Below, one piece after another: positions 1-12,130 of a stretch of 64,000 nt of DNA. The notes beneath the pieces are model-generated. The model saw only the letters and a program-made list of their open reading frames with translations, did no database searches and was not told where the DNA came from. Origin of the DNA: Lama glama (taxonomy: Eukaryota); contig CM052816.1 of assembly GCA_028534125.1 (NCBI GenBank), positions 19,160,001 to 19,224,000 of the forward strand, in the 5' to 3' direction. The translations under genes were made by a program, and so were the position numbers. Within the stretch, counting starts at the first letter, position 1, and each line of letters begins with the position of its first letter.

Positions 1-414
1 TCCACTGGGGGCTTCACTATACTAAAAATCTAGGCGTCACCAGGCTGTGTTCCTTCTGGAGGGTCAAGGGGAGAATCCATTTCCTTGTCTCTTTCCAGCA
101 TCTAGAGGCTGCCTGCGCCTTGTGGTTCATGCCCCTTCTTCCACCTGCAGAGCCAGCCGCCTAGCACCTTCTGACGGCTCTCCACCTCTCTCTGACCCCT
201 GCTTCCGCCGTCACATCTTTGTTTCTCGTGCTGACCTTTCTGCCTTCCTCTCTCATTTATAAGGGCCCTTATGATTACATTGGACCCAACCGTATAATCC
301 AGGATTAAGCCTCCCCATCTCAAAATCCTTAACTTAATCACACGTGCAAAATCTCCCGTGCCGTGTAAGGGGATTAGGATCGGACATCTTTGAGGGGCAT
401 TATTCTGTCTACAA
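1..414 (-). mobile_element. MaLR solo LTR, MLT1C/D-like (truncated by window start)
   Basis: Reverse complement reads GTAGACAGAATAATGCCCCTCAAAGATGTCC...GTGATTAAGTTAAGGATTTTGAGATGGGG...GGGCCCTTATAAATGAGAGAGG, typical of MLT1C/D; homologous to the copy at 6960-7497. Confidence 0.85.
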
Positions 415-1534
415 CGGTGTCCTCAGACTCGGGGCATACGTGCTCCTCACACCACCAGGAACAGGGAAAGGTGCACTTGCCATCAGAAAAGGGTTAGCAG
501 CATCTATGTGTTACTCAGAGAGGGAAATCCAGTATGACAGACAGCTTTCCTTACAAAGTGCTCTTTCTCACGGTGTTACCCAACGAGTGTGACTTTGAGG
601 GCATCTGCTGCCCCAGGGGGCACAAGCCCCGCTTCCCCCATGCCTGGGCTGGCCCCAGGGTCAGGCCTGCCCTCTGCCCTTGTGGGAATTAGAACCCGGG
701 CCCTCCTCTACTTAACCTACAACCTCCCCCACCAGGCTGCTGTGCCCCATTCAGATCTTTCATAGAACCGCCTAATACAGCTCCAGATATGGGCTCCAGC
801 CACTTGGCTTTTGATTGGTTCTCGATCCTGCAGACTCCTGGCAGCGGGTGGAGAAGGGGTGACACAGAGCCACCGGGGGCCCGGGGAGCGGGCTCTGGGC
901 AGCACCCCGTGTCCGCTATACACTGCAGCTCCCAAGGGACACACAGCGAACAGGCTGAGAATGGGCCGAGCCTGTGTTCCTGGGTTCATCGCCTACGTCA
1001 GCAGCTGGTGGAGCCTGCGGACCCCAACGTGACCACAGTCACAGGGACGGTGCAGCCGAGGATGAACGTCTACTCTTTTCCAAACACGACACCTGGTGGC
1101 TGACGCCTAATTCTCTGTAGGGTTCTAGCGTGCTGGGCGGGCTTTCTCTCCAGATCCCCATCCCCAGCAACACAGGCTTCTCTGCAGCCTTCATTTAGGA
1201 CCCTTGTCTCCTGGCCTCCCGGGAGGACTCAGGGAGGCGTGTGGGGTGACCAGCCCCCTCTGAACCAGGGGTGCTCACTTTCCAGGCTCCTTGAGGAAGC
1301 TAAGGGCGGGGGCCTGCCCCCTTCAACCACCTGCTCACCCTACTCGGTCTCTCAGACGCCCTCCTCCCAGAGCTGGGGGCCCTCCTCTCGCCAATACTGG
1401 CAACTCAGTTTCCACACTGACACTCAGAATTATTGGGCTCTATCGTCTGGGCTTTCCTTTTATCACTCAGACCAGAGCCAGCAGAAGTCATCACCGTGGA
1501 CTCCGGGGTCCCTCAGCATCAACAAAAGGTAGCA

Positions 1535-1752
1535 GGTACTAATTGCTTCCGTGCGTCAGGCACCGTGCAGAAGTCCCTGCAGCAGCGACAGCACAGAGGT
1601 GGGCACTATCATTACTCTTGTTCTAACAGGTGAGGCCACTGAGGCTTTGAGAAGTTAAGGGACTTGCCTGAGGTCAGCTAGGTAAGTGACAGAGCCAGGA
1701 TTTGAATCCAGGTCTGCCTGACTCCAGGGTCCACTTTCGTAACCACTCTGCT
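1535..1752 (-). mobile_element. MIR SINE
   Basis: MIR core in reverse: GAGGCTTTGAGAAGTTAAGGGACTTGCCTGAGGTCA...AGAGCCAGGATTTGAATCCAGGTCTGCCTGACTCCAG. Confidence 0.85.
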
Positions 1753-2099
1753 CCCCACCCTGCCCTGGCCCTTCCCCTCCCACCACAGAGCTCCACCCAG
1801 AGGCCCCAGCTTGCAGGCTGTGGTGCCCAGGGAGCCCTGGTAAACCTAAAGCCAGCTCAGGGCCCCGTGTGCAGCAGCTCAGCTCCCCGGGGCCAGCACC
1901 CTGCCCAGCAGAGCCCCCTGCCCCCGCCGGCCTGCTAAAGCGGAGATAAACATGGCACAGGGTCCTGTGTTTCCTGAGGGGCAGCTTCCTTCTGCTCTGC
2001 CACCATCTGCTGCAGCCTTACCTCTCAGTGACGGGGACATCCTGAGGAACACACTGCATGAGGGCTGGGGGCAGTACCAGGGAGAAGAGAGGAAATGTG

Positions 2100-3249
2100 A
2101 CTTCCTCAAGAGCAAAGGTGGGTTGTACAGGGTGCTACAAGGGGGAAAAAATGAGCTCTGGGAAGAACTGAGCAGTCTGCAAGCAGAATGGTGAGGGTCC
2201 TGAAGGCCCTGGACTTGCTGAGTTGCAAAATGGAATTATTTTCTCACCAAATTGAGGATGTGGCCATTAAGACATAGTCTTAGGTCAAAGACCCAATCAA
2301 AGGCACAGCCATAAAGACACTGTCTCAGAACAGAGATCAAATCACAGACGTGGCCATCACATAGCATTTGTTAAACTGAGTGGATTAAGATCATACCTCA
2401 TAGATGAAGGACAAAATCAAGCTTTCCTCTCATGGAAACCTGATTGACTCAAAATGCCTAAAATTAAGGTGAAAGCAAAAGAGAGACAGAAGCAGAGGGA
2501 AAGGGAAGGGGGGAGGGAGAGGCAGGCATCAGAAGAATCGTGGGACTGGCTTGTGGCCTATGCAGTTGGGACTCAAAAACATTTTTTAAGGTATGTAATA
2601 AAAGCACAGTCAAGTCAAATACATTTTTACACATGATTTTGAGAGTGCTACATTGCCAAAAGTAGTGCCGTAAAACAGCCCTCGGCACCCCCAGCTGCCA
2701 CGGACCGGGATCTCAGCCATTGAAGGGGGGCGTACTTTCTGATACTCTCTTTGGAAGCAGGCAAGAAGGATAATGGAAAGGACAGAAACTCCCAGGGGGT
2801 GAAGCCAGGAGCCACAGACAACAATGGACGTGGGTGCTGCGCCAAGAATCCAGCAATTAAGGAATATTCAAGTAACAATCAAGGAACGCTGTTACCCTCA
2901 CAAGAAGATGATCTCACAGCATTTGCCCAAAAGGAAGAATCTACTCTGGACCACTTTGGGCCTCCCATCCTTCCCCTTTTCCAATGGGAATGCTAATTGT
3001 GGTTACTTTGTGCCCATTCCTCAACTGCATATTGTGTAGTTTTTCTTTGCCTCTGGAGGAAGGGCTCCAGGCACAGGGAGCAAACACTGGCCTCTTTAGT
3101 TCACAGGCCTCTGGGCTAAGAGGAGTGATGTGGAGCACCAGACTCTCAGCCCGATGCTGTGTGTGATACAACTTTAGACTATCTTGGGGAGGGAGGAAGT
3201 GCATTCTGTTCCAGGCTTAAAGTGAATATTCGTGACTAAGAGGACAGAT
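2100..3249 (+). mobile_element. MaLR internal sequence (MLT1-int), decayed
   Basis: MLT1-int-like motif CCTTTTCCAATGGGAATGCTAATTGTGGTTAC; purine-rich tract AAGAGGACAGA directly before an LTR starting TG at 3250. The 5' boundary is approximate. Confidence 0.65.
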
Positions 3250-3585
3250 TGCAGTACAATGCAATGCATTATTGCTCAGCAGATAATCACCTTTCCTCAG
3301 CCCCCTGTGTGAGTGAAGGAGACTTCCCACCCACTGTTTTGGGCTTAGCCATGTGACTTTCTTTGGCCAATGGAATGTGAGGGAACATGACACACGCCGA
3401 GGTTAAACATGCTTCTGTGCTTTGCCTTGGCCTCTCACATGCCCCAGATAACTGCTGCCCCTTCTGCCTGGGTCCTGGGCTGACAGCATGTGGATCAGAC
3501 CTGAATCCAACCCTCAGCATGGAGTGGAGCCACCGGAGCCAACCCACAAATCTGTGAGCAAAAAATAAATGTTTCCATGATAAGT
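3250..3585 (+). mobile_element. MaLR LTR, MLT1G/H/I-like (3' LTR of the adjacent internal segment)
   Basis: GCCATGTGACTTTCTTTGGCCAATGGAATGTGAG, CCTTCTGCCTGGGTCCTGG and GTGAGCAAAAAATAAATGTT motifs. Confidence 0.75.
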
Positions 3586-3599
3586 ACTTCCCTACAAAA

Positions 3600-3840
3600 T
3601 TTAATGGAAGATAGATTGAGAAAGTTTGGTTTTTATGTATCTCATCAAATTTTCTGAGATAACAGAATGGGAGAGGGGAAATAGATCATGGCAGATGCTT
3701 TTCCAGAATTGGGAAAAGGTGTTAACGCTCAGATAGTGAATACCAAATAGGACAGATAAAAAGAAACTCACATTTAGACATATTACAGTGAAGCTATACA
3801 ACCCCAAAGACAAAGAGAAGATCTCAAAAGTTGCCAGCAA
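3600..3840 (+). mobile_element. Old LINE-1 ORF1 fragment
   Basis: AGACATATTACAGTGAAGCTATACAACCCCAAAGACAAAGAGAAGATCTCAAAAGTTGCCAG encodes RHITVKL..KDKEKISKVA, similar to ORF1p RHIIVK...KEKILKAA. Confidence 0.7.
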
Positions 3841-5649
3841 GGGTGCAGTCTACTCCCCACCTTGCATATGCTCTACACCAAGGGGTCTGCACCTGGGGAC
3901 AGATACACCCTTTACTGAGGAGAGTAGCCAGGCAGGTGGCTTTGCAGGTATCATGTTATCTGGAATGAACCTTAGAGGCCTCTAATCTGGTGCCCCCTCA
4001 ATGACAGATGAGGACACTGGGCTCCTCTCGGGGAAATGTCTGTATATATTGTCTCGTTCTCTTGGCAGACGTGAGGCAGGAGGCCATAGCACTATTTTCC
4101 AGCCTGTGTTTCCTATCAGAGAGCTGAATGTGACCAGGGCTGGTTCAGCGGGGTACACAGCAGGTGCTTCTCAAATCCATGTGAGAAGACTGCAAGAAAG
4201 GAGGGCCCCCGAAGGCTCTGATGTGCAGGCCACATCGGCAGACCATCCCTGGTCCGTGATGGCTGTGCCCTGGAAGAAACTGCCTTCTACATGGTGCCAC
4301 CTGGCTTCTGGGGCCTCTCCCAGCATGGCATACCCCCTCATAACTGCTCCCAAGAGATCAACCACCCAAATCAAAACCAAGCTCTGCCAAGCAGAGGCAT
4401 GCTGGACCCTATCAGAAAAGTCCCTGACCATGCAACTCATCCCTTTTAGAATTACCCTTTCCAAGTGGACACAGCATGATTTCCCTCATTCCTCAGCTGG
4501 CCAAGGTTATTCTGAGGAGAGTGGCCAACATAAACAGCACATAAAAATCAGTCCAGAAACCAAATTTCCAGCTTCAGAATGATAAATGTCTATTTGTGGG
4601 TGGTAGACCAAACGTCCTGGGACAGCTTCCCAGAGACCAGGGCCGTGTGTCCTGCCCATGTTCCCAGTCCCCGAGGTGTCATTGGCAATGTGGACTCCAT
4701 AGAACACAGCTGTCTTGGGGATCTGCCTCCAAAAATACCTTCCTCCCAGGCCCTGAGGGGAAGGACAGACACAGCTGCAGGGTTCACAGTGGCCCAGCCG
4801 ACATGGAAGTGAAGAGGCTTGTGGAATGTGTGGGTTGGCAAGTGAAGAAATAGCATTAGTGTTTGAGCAAAAGGGTCTGGGTCTGGAAGGGTGACTGAGG
4901 CAGTTACTCAGCTCATTAACCACCAAGTGTTTGCTCATTTTCATTAAAAGAATCATGTGACCGGCATTTCCTTGGTCGGCACCCCTCGAGTCATCTCACA
5001 ATGGTCTGCCTATGGACAGTTCGCCCTGCAGATGGCCTCGGCCAAGCTGTTAACACCGGGCAATCTCTGGGTTCCGGTGTTGACCAGAGGGTGCTCTTTC
5101 TCACAATGACCTATCAAGCGACTCTGCTTTAGGAAGAGAAACCGAATACCCCCACTCAGACCAAAGGTAGTCACAATTTACATCCCACCCTAGGCAATCC
5201 TACCTCTTCAAAACATCTTAGGAGCCAGGAAATAAGCCACAAGGGCTCTGAGCAGCCAAAATTGTCACAACATCCGTGCACAAAAGTCTAGGTCCTTTCC
5301 TCACATGCAAGCCCCTCAGAGCCAGGGATGCGGCCCCTAACAAGCTTGCTCCTACAGCACCCTAAGCCACATCAGACCGGAAACTACAGGCAGGAGCCAC
5401 CAGTGAGAAGATCGGCCAAGACCACCGGCATGTGGTGCACTGGCCACAGCAACAAGTGACAGCTCCTAACCGACAGCAAGGACACACAGGGAAAGGACGC
5501 AGAACCACAAAACAGATGAAAAGAAACTCAAAAAAGGAGCCTTTGACTATTCAGGACAGAGACAGACCAGAGCCGTCTATCTGAGGAGCACAGAACAAGG
5601 CCTGGCACATCACTGCATGCAAATATATTTTTTTAACTTTTTAATAGGA

Positions 5650-6400
5650 AACAATTTTAATGAATGAGTTTTATCTGAATTCATTATCATTATAATGACC
5701 GCTGAATGGGGATTTTTTTCCCTAACCTCATCACTCCTACTCTGATCAGTTGGCACTCTACTATGTTAAGGTGCTTTCTCTTCTTCTCCGTTAATTTAAA
5801 CCAGAGTGGACTCATGGACTGCTGTTTAATGGGTTTTAACCCATTACTATCATTACATATTTTGATGTTCAGATGTCCCAGATTGCACCAGTGGGAGCCC
5901 TTTCAAGCTGGCTACCATGATCTTTTGACACAGCCACATCATTCTTTGATTTCCTCCTTGCTTTCTGGCAGAAGATGTTTCCAGCTCATTATGTACTTCT
6001 CCTGCCCCTGCCCTGGAATCTGTCATTTCTCCAAGAAGTCCTGGTCCTCTCTAGTGGAAAATGGTGTATTAGAAACCATTACTCGAGCAACTAGGTGTGC
6101 TATTTGCTACATAAGGGTCATTGTTGCAATGCCCTCCCTGTGGAAAGAGCTAGCATCTGTCTTTGTGGATATATATGTATATATCAATTTACATTTTTGC
6201 TAATTTCTGTATTTGTCTGTGTTTAAAACCAAGTGTTTACACCAATACCTCTAATTCTAGTCCAACAACATTGGGTTCATTCTCACTTCCCCTTTCCATA
6301 TCTGTAACTCTGTCTTCTAATAGTGGGGAAACCAGCCTCCATTATCATACTGTATTTACTTGTCTGCTCCATCTCTCCATGTATAATCGTATTATCAAAT
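5650..6400 (-). mobile_element. L1MC-like 3' region
   Basis: CCAGTGGGAGCCCTTTCAAGCTGGCT...CCTGCCCTGGAATCTGTCATTTCTCCAAGAAGTCCTGG...GAAAATGGTGTATTAGAAACC, typical of reversed L1MC 3' UTRs. Confidence 0.7.
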
Positions 6401-6469
6401 CTGTCAGGTTGCCACCACATACCACCTTCCTCAAATGGCCTTCAACCTCTGCTAGGCCTGCATAAATGC

Positions 6470-7610
6470 TTTTTTTCCAGATAGATTTATTGAATTATAA
6501 ATGACTTACCATAAAATTAACCCATGCTAAGCATGCAACTCAATAATTTTTCAAGTAAACTCATAGAATTGTATAACCACCACCACAACTCAGTTTTAGA
6601 ACACTTCCATCACCCCAACGAACTTCCTGGTGTCCATTTGCAGCCAGACCCCATTCCCGATCCCACCACTGATCTGCTTCCTGTCTCTGTAGATTTACCT
6701 CTTCTGGAAATTTCATATAAAGGAATTAACATATCTTTCGTATCTTGCTTATTTCACTTAGCATCACGTTTTGACATAATGAGGTAACACGCGTCAGTAG
6801 CTCATCATATTCTATTTTATGGATACATCATACGTTATCTGTTAAGCAGTGGACAGGCATCTAGATTGTTACCAGTTTGGGGCTATTACGTATAACGCTG
6901 CTAGGAACATTCATGCACGAGTCTGTGTGTGGATACATATTTTCATTTATCCTGGATAGTGTGGTAGGCAGAATGATGGCCCCTAATGAAGCCCAATTTA
7001 CTAATAAGTAGAATTTTTAAAAAGCAGGATTTTCCTAGATTATGTCCTGATATCTAGAACCTGTGAATATGTTATGTTACAGGGCAAGGGGGAAGTTAGG
7101 TTGGAGATGGAATTCTGGTTGCTAATCAGCTGGTGTCAGGAAAGCAAGATTATCCTGGATGATCTGGGTAGGCCCAGTTTTCTCACAAGGGTCCTTAAAA
7201 GGGGCAGAAGAGGAGGTCAGAGTGACGTGTTGTGAGAAGGACTCAACCCACTGTTGCTGGCTTTGAAGATGGGGGTAGGAGGCCATGAACCAAGGAGCTG
7301 TGGGCAGCCTCTGGACGCTGGAGAGTTTCTCCTCCAGAGCCTCCTGAAAGGAATGCAGCCCTGCTGACACCTTGACTGTAGCCCAGTGAGACCCTGTTGG
7401 ACCTCTAACCTCCAAAACTGTAAGATAGCACAGTTGTGTTATTTTCAGTCACTAAGTTTGTGGTAATTTGTTACAGCAATGACGGAAAACCAATACAGGC
7501 AGATACCTAACTGGGTTGCATAGAAAGTTTATGTTTAACTTTTTAAGAAACTCCTAAACTGTTTTTCAAAGCCGCTGTACCATTTTACATTTTTACCAGA
7601 AATATATAAT
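6470..7610 (-). mobile_element. L1MB-like 3' end, interrupted by an MLT1 LTR
   Basis: T-tract then TTTATTGAATTATAA...AACCACCACCACAACTCAGTTTTAGAACACTTCCATCACCCC; the L1 text resumes at 7498 (GATACCTAA...AAACTGTTTTTCAAAG). Confidence 0.8.
6960..7497 (+). mobile_element. MLT1D-like solo LTR
   Basis: TGTGGTAGGCAGAATGATGGCCCC start, ...GGAAAACCAATACA end (TG...CA); decayed 5-bp TSD GATAG/GGCAG. Confidence 0.9.
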
Positions 7611-7819
7611 CTTGGTCAGTTTCTAGAGGCCTGAAATAGTTGTTTTTGACAATTTTATTCAGTGTGCTTAGGGAAGAGGATTTGTCAAGGCTCTCACTCC
7701 ACCACACCAACACCCAATGGCTTTTCAACTGAGGTACTGAAGGAGGAAGGAAGGAGGAAAACGGGGGGAAGGGAAGAGAGGGGAAATATTTTTAAATATT
7801 TATTGGTAATACTAGAGGA

Positions 7820-8010
7820 CAACAGATTTCAGGGTCTCAAACCCTTACCCCTCTTCTTCTAAGTAGTATGACCTGGGGCGTGTGATCTCACTCCTCTGAG
7901 CCTCAGTTTTCTCACTATAAAACAGGATAAATAATGAGATCTGCCTCCTAGATTCCTGACAAAGATTAAATAATACGTGGGACGTGCGTACTCAGCACTT
8001 GGCCTCTAAC
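7820..8010 (+). mobile_element. MIR SINE
   Basis: CTCTGAGCCTCAGTTTTCTCACTATAAAACAGGATAAATAAT core. Confidence 0.8.
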
Positions 8011-8286
8011 AGTTATCATTGTTGATAATGTTGTAACGGCCGGGTCAACAAGAAGAGGTTAAATTTTGTCTTCTCAGCTCTATTTAGTAAGATGGAAGGA
8101 TGTGTAATTAGATGTAAAATGCACAAGGTGAAGTTTCCTAGAAATGTAAACACTTGTCTTGGTTGGTGTATTTTCCAAGTCATTCATGGATCTCAGAAAC
8201 CTAATATTTAACTACAGAATTTTACAAATCATCTGTTGCCAGTGATTCCCATCCATCACATGTTCTTCCATCAAATAACAACTCTA

Positions 8287-8399
8287 GGGGGGAGGGTATA
8301 GCTCAGAGTAGAGTGCATGCTTAGCATGCACAAGGTCCTGAGTTCAATCCCTAAGACCTCCATTTAAAAAATAAAATAAAGCTATTACAAATTTTTAAA
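8287..8399 (+). mobile_element. tRNA-Ala-derived SINE (camelid Vic-1-like)
   Basis: GGGGGGAGGGTATAGCTCAGAGTAGAGTGCATGCTTAGCATGCACAAGGTCCTGAGTTCAATCCC with A- and B-box-like motifs and an A-rich tail; 14-bp TSD AAATAACAAC(T/C)CTA at 8273-8286 and 8400-8413. Confidence 0.9.
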
Positions 8400-8439
8400 A
8401 AATAACAACCCTATACACATGTATAAGATTCTAACATCT

Positions 8440-8590
8440 CTTCACTACATATTTTCACATAGTCTTCAAAATAGCCCAGTGGGCAGACAGAACAGGAATG
8501 ATCACATTTGACAGGTTAGGGAAACCGAGGCCCAGAGCTGTCAAATGATTCATTCAAGGCTCTACAGAGAGGAGGTGGCAGAGCTGCTAC
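8440..8590 (-). mobile_element. MIR SINE
   Basis: GGAAACCGAGGCCCAGAGCTGTCAAATGATTCATTCAAGG...GTGGCAGAGCTG. Confidence 0.7.
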
Positions 8591-9029
8591 CATTGCCTTT
8601 TCTGTCAGGTTCCCACCTCTCATTCATGGACATCGCTGGCTCATGGACCGTGGAAAAGAGCAAGTTTCATTAGATCCAGAGATACTATTAACACACTCAA
8701 TATCCATGAACACATGCTGATTTCATTATAATTCTGCTCATCTTGCTGGGAGCAGCCATGCATGGCTTGGTGGAGATTCAAGACTCCATTACAGAGTTAA
8801 ATTGGCACTTGTTCTGAGCCCAGTGGCATTTTTAATGCATTTGTGAAAATGGAAATGAGTCAAGGCAAGCCCGATTATACTGGGCAAGTCAAACACAACC
8901 GGGAGCCCACAGCGAAGGCCTGGCCAGTGGATCCACAGCCCTGCTGACAGGTCCCCACACTCCTCCTCCCAAGGGCGAACCCCTTCTGAAGGCCTGCTCT
9001 TCCCCTACACCCTTTCATGCCCAACATCT

Positions 9030-9190
9030 CAGACTTATCTTCACAATGGCCTCATGACATGAGTCATTCTTCCCATTTCACAGATGAGACAGAAGTTCAG
9101 AGAGCTTAACTGACTTGCCTAAGTTACACAGCCGGCAGATGGATCCAGTCTTCAAACTCAGGTCACTGAGTCTCAAAACTCCATGAGGTC
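9030..9190 (-). mobile_element. MIR SINE
   Basis: CCCATTTCACAGATGAGA...CAGAGAGCTTAACTGACTTGCCTAAGTTACACAGC. Confidence 0.8.
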
Positions 9191-10169
9191 CCCATGCCCT
9201 CCCCATGCCGCTCCTGAGAGTCCCTGGCCATAGAGACCTCTTCTCCCCACCTCACTATACTCCCTTGGTCATTCTACACTTGGATCTGAAGAACACACCG
9301 TACAGGCTGGATAACTGTACAATCCTGGGGAAGGGGTCTGCAAGTCAGCCAACCCGAGTCCATCTCTGTGCAGCCTCTGCCCTCAAGGCTTCACGTACAA
9401 GGTCAATTTCCAATTGAAGACGCAACTCAAAGAACTCTAAGAGGTAGAAGCCATGTGTACAGACAGCAGTGCCTGAGGGTCTCCCTGAACTTGTAAGTTT
9501 TGCTGTTGTTATTATTGTTTTTGATTCTGTTTTGATTTGGGTTTTGTTACTCTGGGAAAAGCAAGTGCATTAAATGAGCGATACTTTGTACTCTCGAGCC
9601 AAGTGTAACTTTGTTAGAGGGTGTAGATGTAGAGAACCAAGAAGTAATGCAGAGTCTATTTCAAACCCAAGGTAGAAGAGTCAGAAACTGAAAGCTGTTT
9701 CTCTATCTCTGCGTGGTCCTCACACCTGATGCGCGCATGTTATGTGATCAAAGGTTACACTCCAGCCCCAAAGAACATTTCCTCAAAGCTCCTCTCCAGG
9801 ATCTGTTCCAGAACCCCAAGAAGAGCAGGCACACCCCACCTGGACACAGTAGCATCTGAGTGGGAGAGGTCACACCTACAGTGTCCCTAGGATGCCAGTG
9901 AGGGCAGGGCACGTCTCCCCCTCATCTTCCAGAAAAACTGAGGAGCAGGCTGTACCTGCAGCTCCCTGTCCTTTGTGACCTCAGGCTGCGCCCCACATTT
10001 TCCAGGGTCAGGGGGAGTCAGGCAGGTGGAGGAGATGAGCAATCGAGGTTCACCGATTCTATCCTAGAGGGAGGGTCCTTCAGATTCATTGATTCATTCA
10101 TTAATTTACCCATTTACTTATGGTCATCTCTGGCAGACAGCATGCTAGGAAATGGTGAGCAGCACTGGT

Positions 10170-10380
10170 ACAGTCCTCCACAATTTCCAAAACCATTTCA
10201 CACACGTTCTCTCAGCGACTCACACAATGTCCCTATTTGGCGGGGTAGATAACATGTCCATTTTACAGATGGACACACTGATGTCCAAAAGCAACTTGCC
10301 CAAGTCTCAGAGCGAGGAAGTAGAAAAACCAGGGTGAAAACCTAGAAGTGAGGCTGTAGGTAGACCTCCCTGCCCATCCC
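10170..10380 (-). mobile_element. MIR SINE
   Basis: CCATTTTACAGATGGACACACTGA...AACTTGCCCAAGTCTCAGAGC. Confidence 0.7.
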
Positions 10381-10459
10381 TTCAGCACTGGGACAGCCCT
10401 TCCCTCATCAGCCAATCCCTGCCCCAGGTTCCCAGGGTAACCTGGCGACAGGCCACCAT

Positions 10460-10640
10460 TCATATCCCAGCTCCACCACTTTCCAGCCGTGGGGCTTCAC
10501 TTCCCTGTGCCTAAGGGTCCTCGTCTTTAAGATGGGCTCAACAAGAGTGTACCTCATGAGATCCTGCAGGAACTCAACAGGATAGAGCGTGAGCCGTGCT
10601 CTCCCCGTGCGTGGCACAGCACGAGTGCTCCACAGACACC
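10460..10640 (+). mobile_element. MIR SINE (degenerate)
   Basis: CCCAGCTCCACCACTT...CTTCACTTCCCTGTGCCTAAGGGTCCTCGTCTTTAAGATGGG...TGGCACAGCACGAGTGCTC. Confidence 0.65.
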
Positions 10641-11939
10641 AGCTGCTCCTGTGATGGTGGGGCTGTGGGGCCGTGGGGCCCCACCTGCGCGCACACGAAA
10701 GGAGCTCAGCACCCTCGCTTGGACAGACTGGGGCGCCCGGCCCGTGAGGGGATGTACTCCCCGCCCTGCCCCCGAGGCCCATGGGGCAGGGCTCTGGGCC
10801 CCCTGCGGCCGGGCAGTCCCGGTCCTCGCCTTTGTCTGCACCCCTGTAACTGAGAGGCCTGTCTAGACTGAGCGGCTACTAGAAGTAATCCCGGGAAAAT
10901 CTCCCTGAAACCTGATCCCTGCCCTTATCGAGGGCCAGGCAGATTAGCCTAATTGATTGAACAATGGACGCTGGGGCCTTAACACGATCTCCATGTGTCT
11001 GTCGTACAGAAGGGGCTCTGGGCAGGGCAGGCCTGCCCCATGGAGGACCCTGTCCTGCAGGATCAGTGGGTCAGTCGGCTTCCTCCCGGCCCGCTGGGGA
11101 AGGGGGCTGGAAGAATCTGCTTCTACCAGGGCCCTAACAGTGACCATCAACCACTTCCAGCACTGAGGGTTGCTTTCCATGACCCAGGGCCCTTGCTGGG
11201 GCTCGCACGTGCTATGTCGGAGTGCCTGCCATCACCATCGCCGTCACCATCATTCCCCTGTCCCTCAGGTGAGGGGGGCACTGAGCCTAAGCAACTCACT
11301 CAGGCTCCCACAGCAGAGAGTAGCAGAGTCGGATGCCAGCTCTGGGCTGTTTGACACGGAGACCTGAGCTCTCACCCACATTCCAGTCCTGCCTTTTGGC
11401 GCTCACACAGCTGTGGTCAGCAAGCCACAAGCCCCAGCCATTGTTCCAGACGCCTTTCCAATGTCCTTCAGCAAAGAAGCCAGGCCCGCGGGCCTCTTCA
11501 GCATAACTCTAGGGAGGCCTGTGCTCTGAAGCAGCCACATACACCTGCGAGCCTGTGCCACCCCACAGTGCATCACTCTCTCTTGTTTTCATCTGAACCA
11601 TTAAGCTTGGGAACTAACTATAAACAAAGCACCACTGCACTCAGCTGCCTCCATCAAGAGCCTTCCAGAGTGAGTGAGCCGTGCAGAGGGCAGGCCCACT
11701 GGTCACACACGCGTCCATCAGGCTGAGAAGAGAAGAGTCACCCTTCCCCACTGTGATCTGCTGGTCCTCACCAAGGGGTGGACGCAGAGGAATGTGGTTG
11801 GTATGTTCTGTGATCGGTGTGCTCTGGAAGGACCAGGGCAAGAGGACGGATAGACCAGCCACAGTTTGCTGTCCCATGCTGTGCACTGGGAGGCCTGCTC
11901 TGTCACTGAGGTCAGAGCAAGGCCGGCTGGCAGAGCAAC

Positions 11940-12130
11940 CCAGGGCGGGAGCGCTCAAGTGAGCCCAGCCTGACTCCCACCCCACCTCCACAACTCACCT
12001 GTGTGACCGGGGACTGTCACCTGCCCTCTCAAGCCACATCACATCCGTTTTACAAATGAGAATACCATCCCCTACCCCAGCCCCACCCTAAGGGTTGTCA
12101 GGAACAAAATGAGCCCATCTGTGCCCCCAC
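11940..12130 (+). mobile_element. MIR SINE (degenerate)
   Basis: CTGTGTGACCGGG...TTTACAAATGAGAATACC...AGGGTTGTCAGGAACAAAATGAG. Confidence 0.55.

Noticed and set aside
10408..11367. Cluster of overlapping ORFs in a GC-rich region
   Set aside because: They overlap MIR copies, occur in many frames on both strands and show no convincing splice structure or homology.
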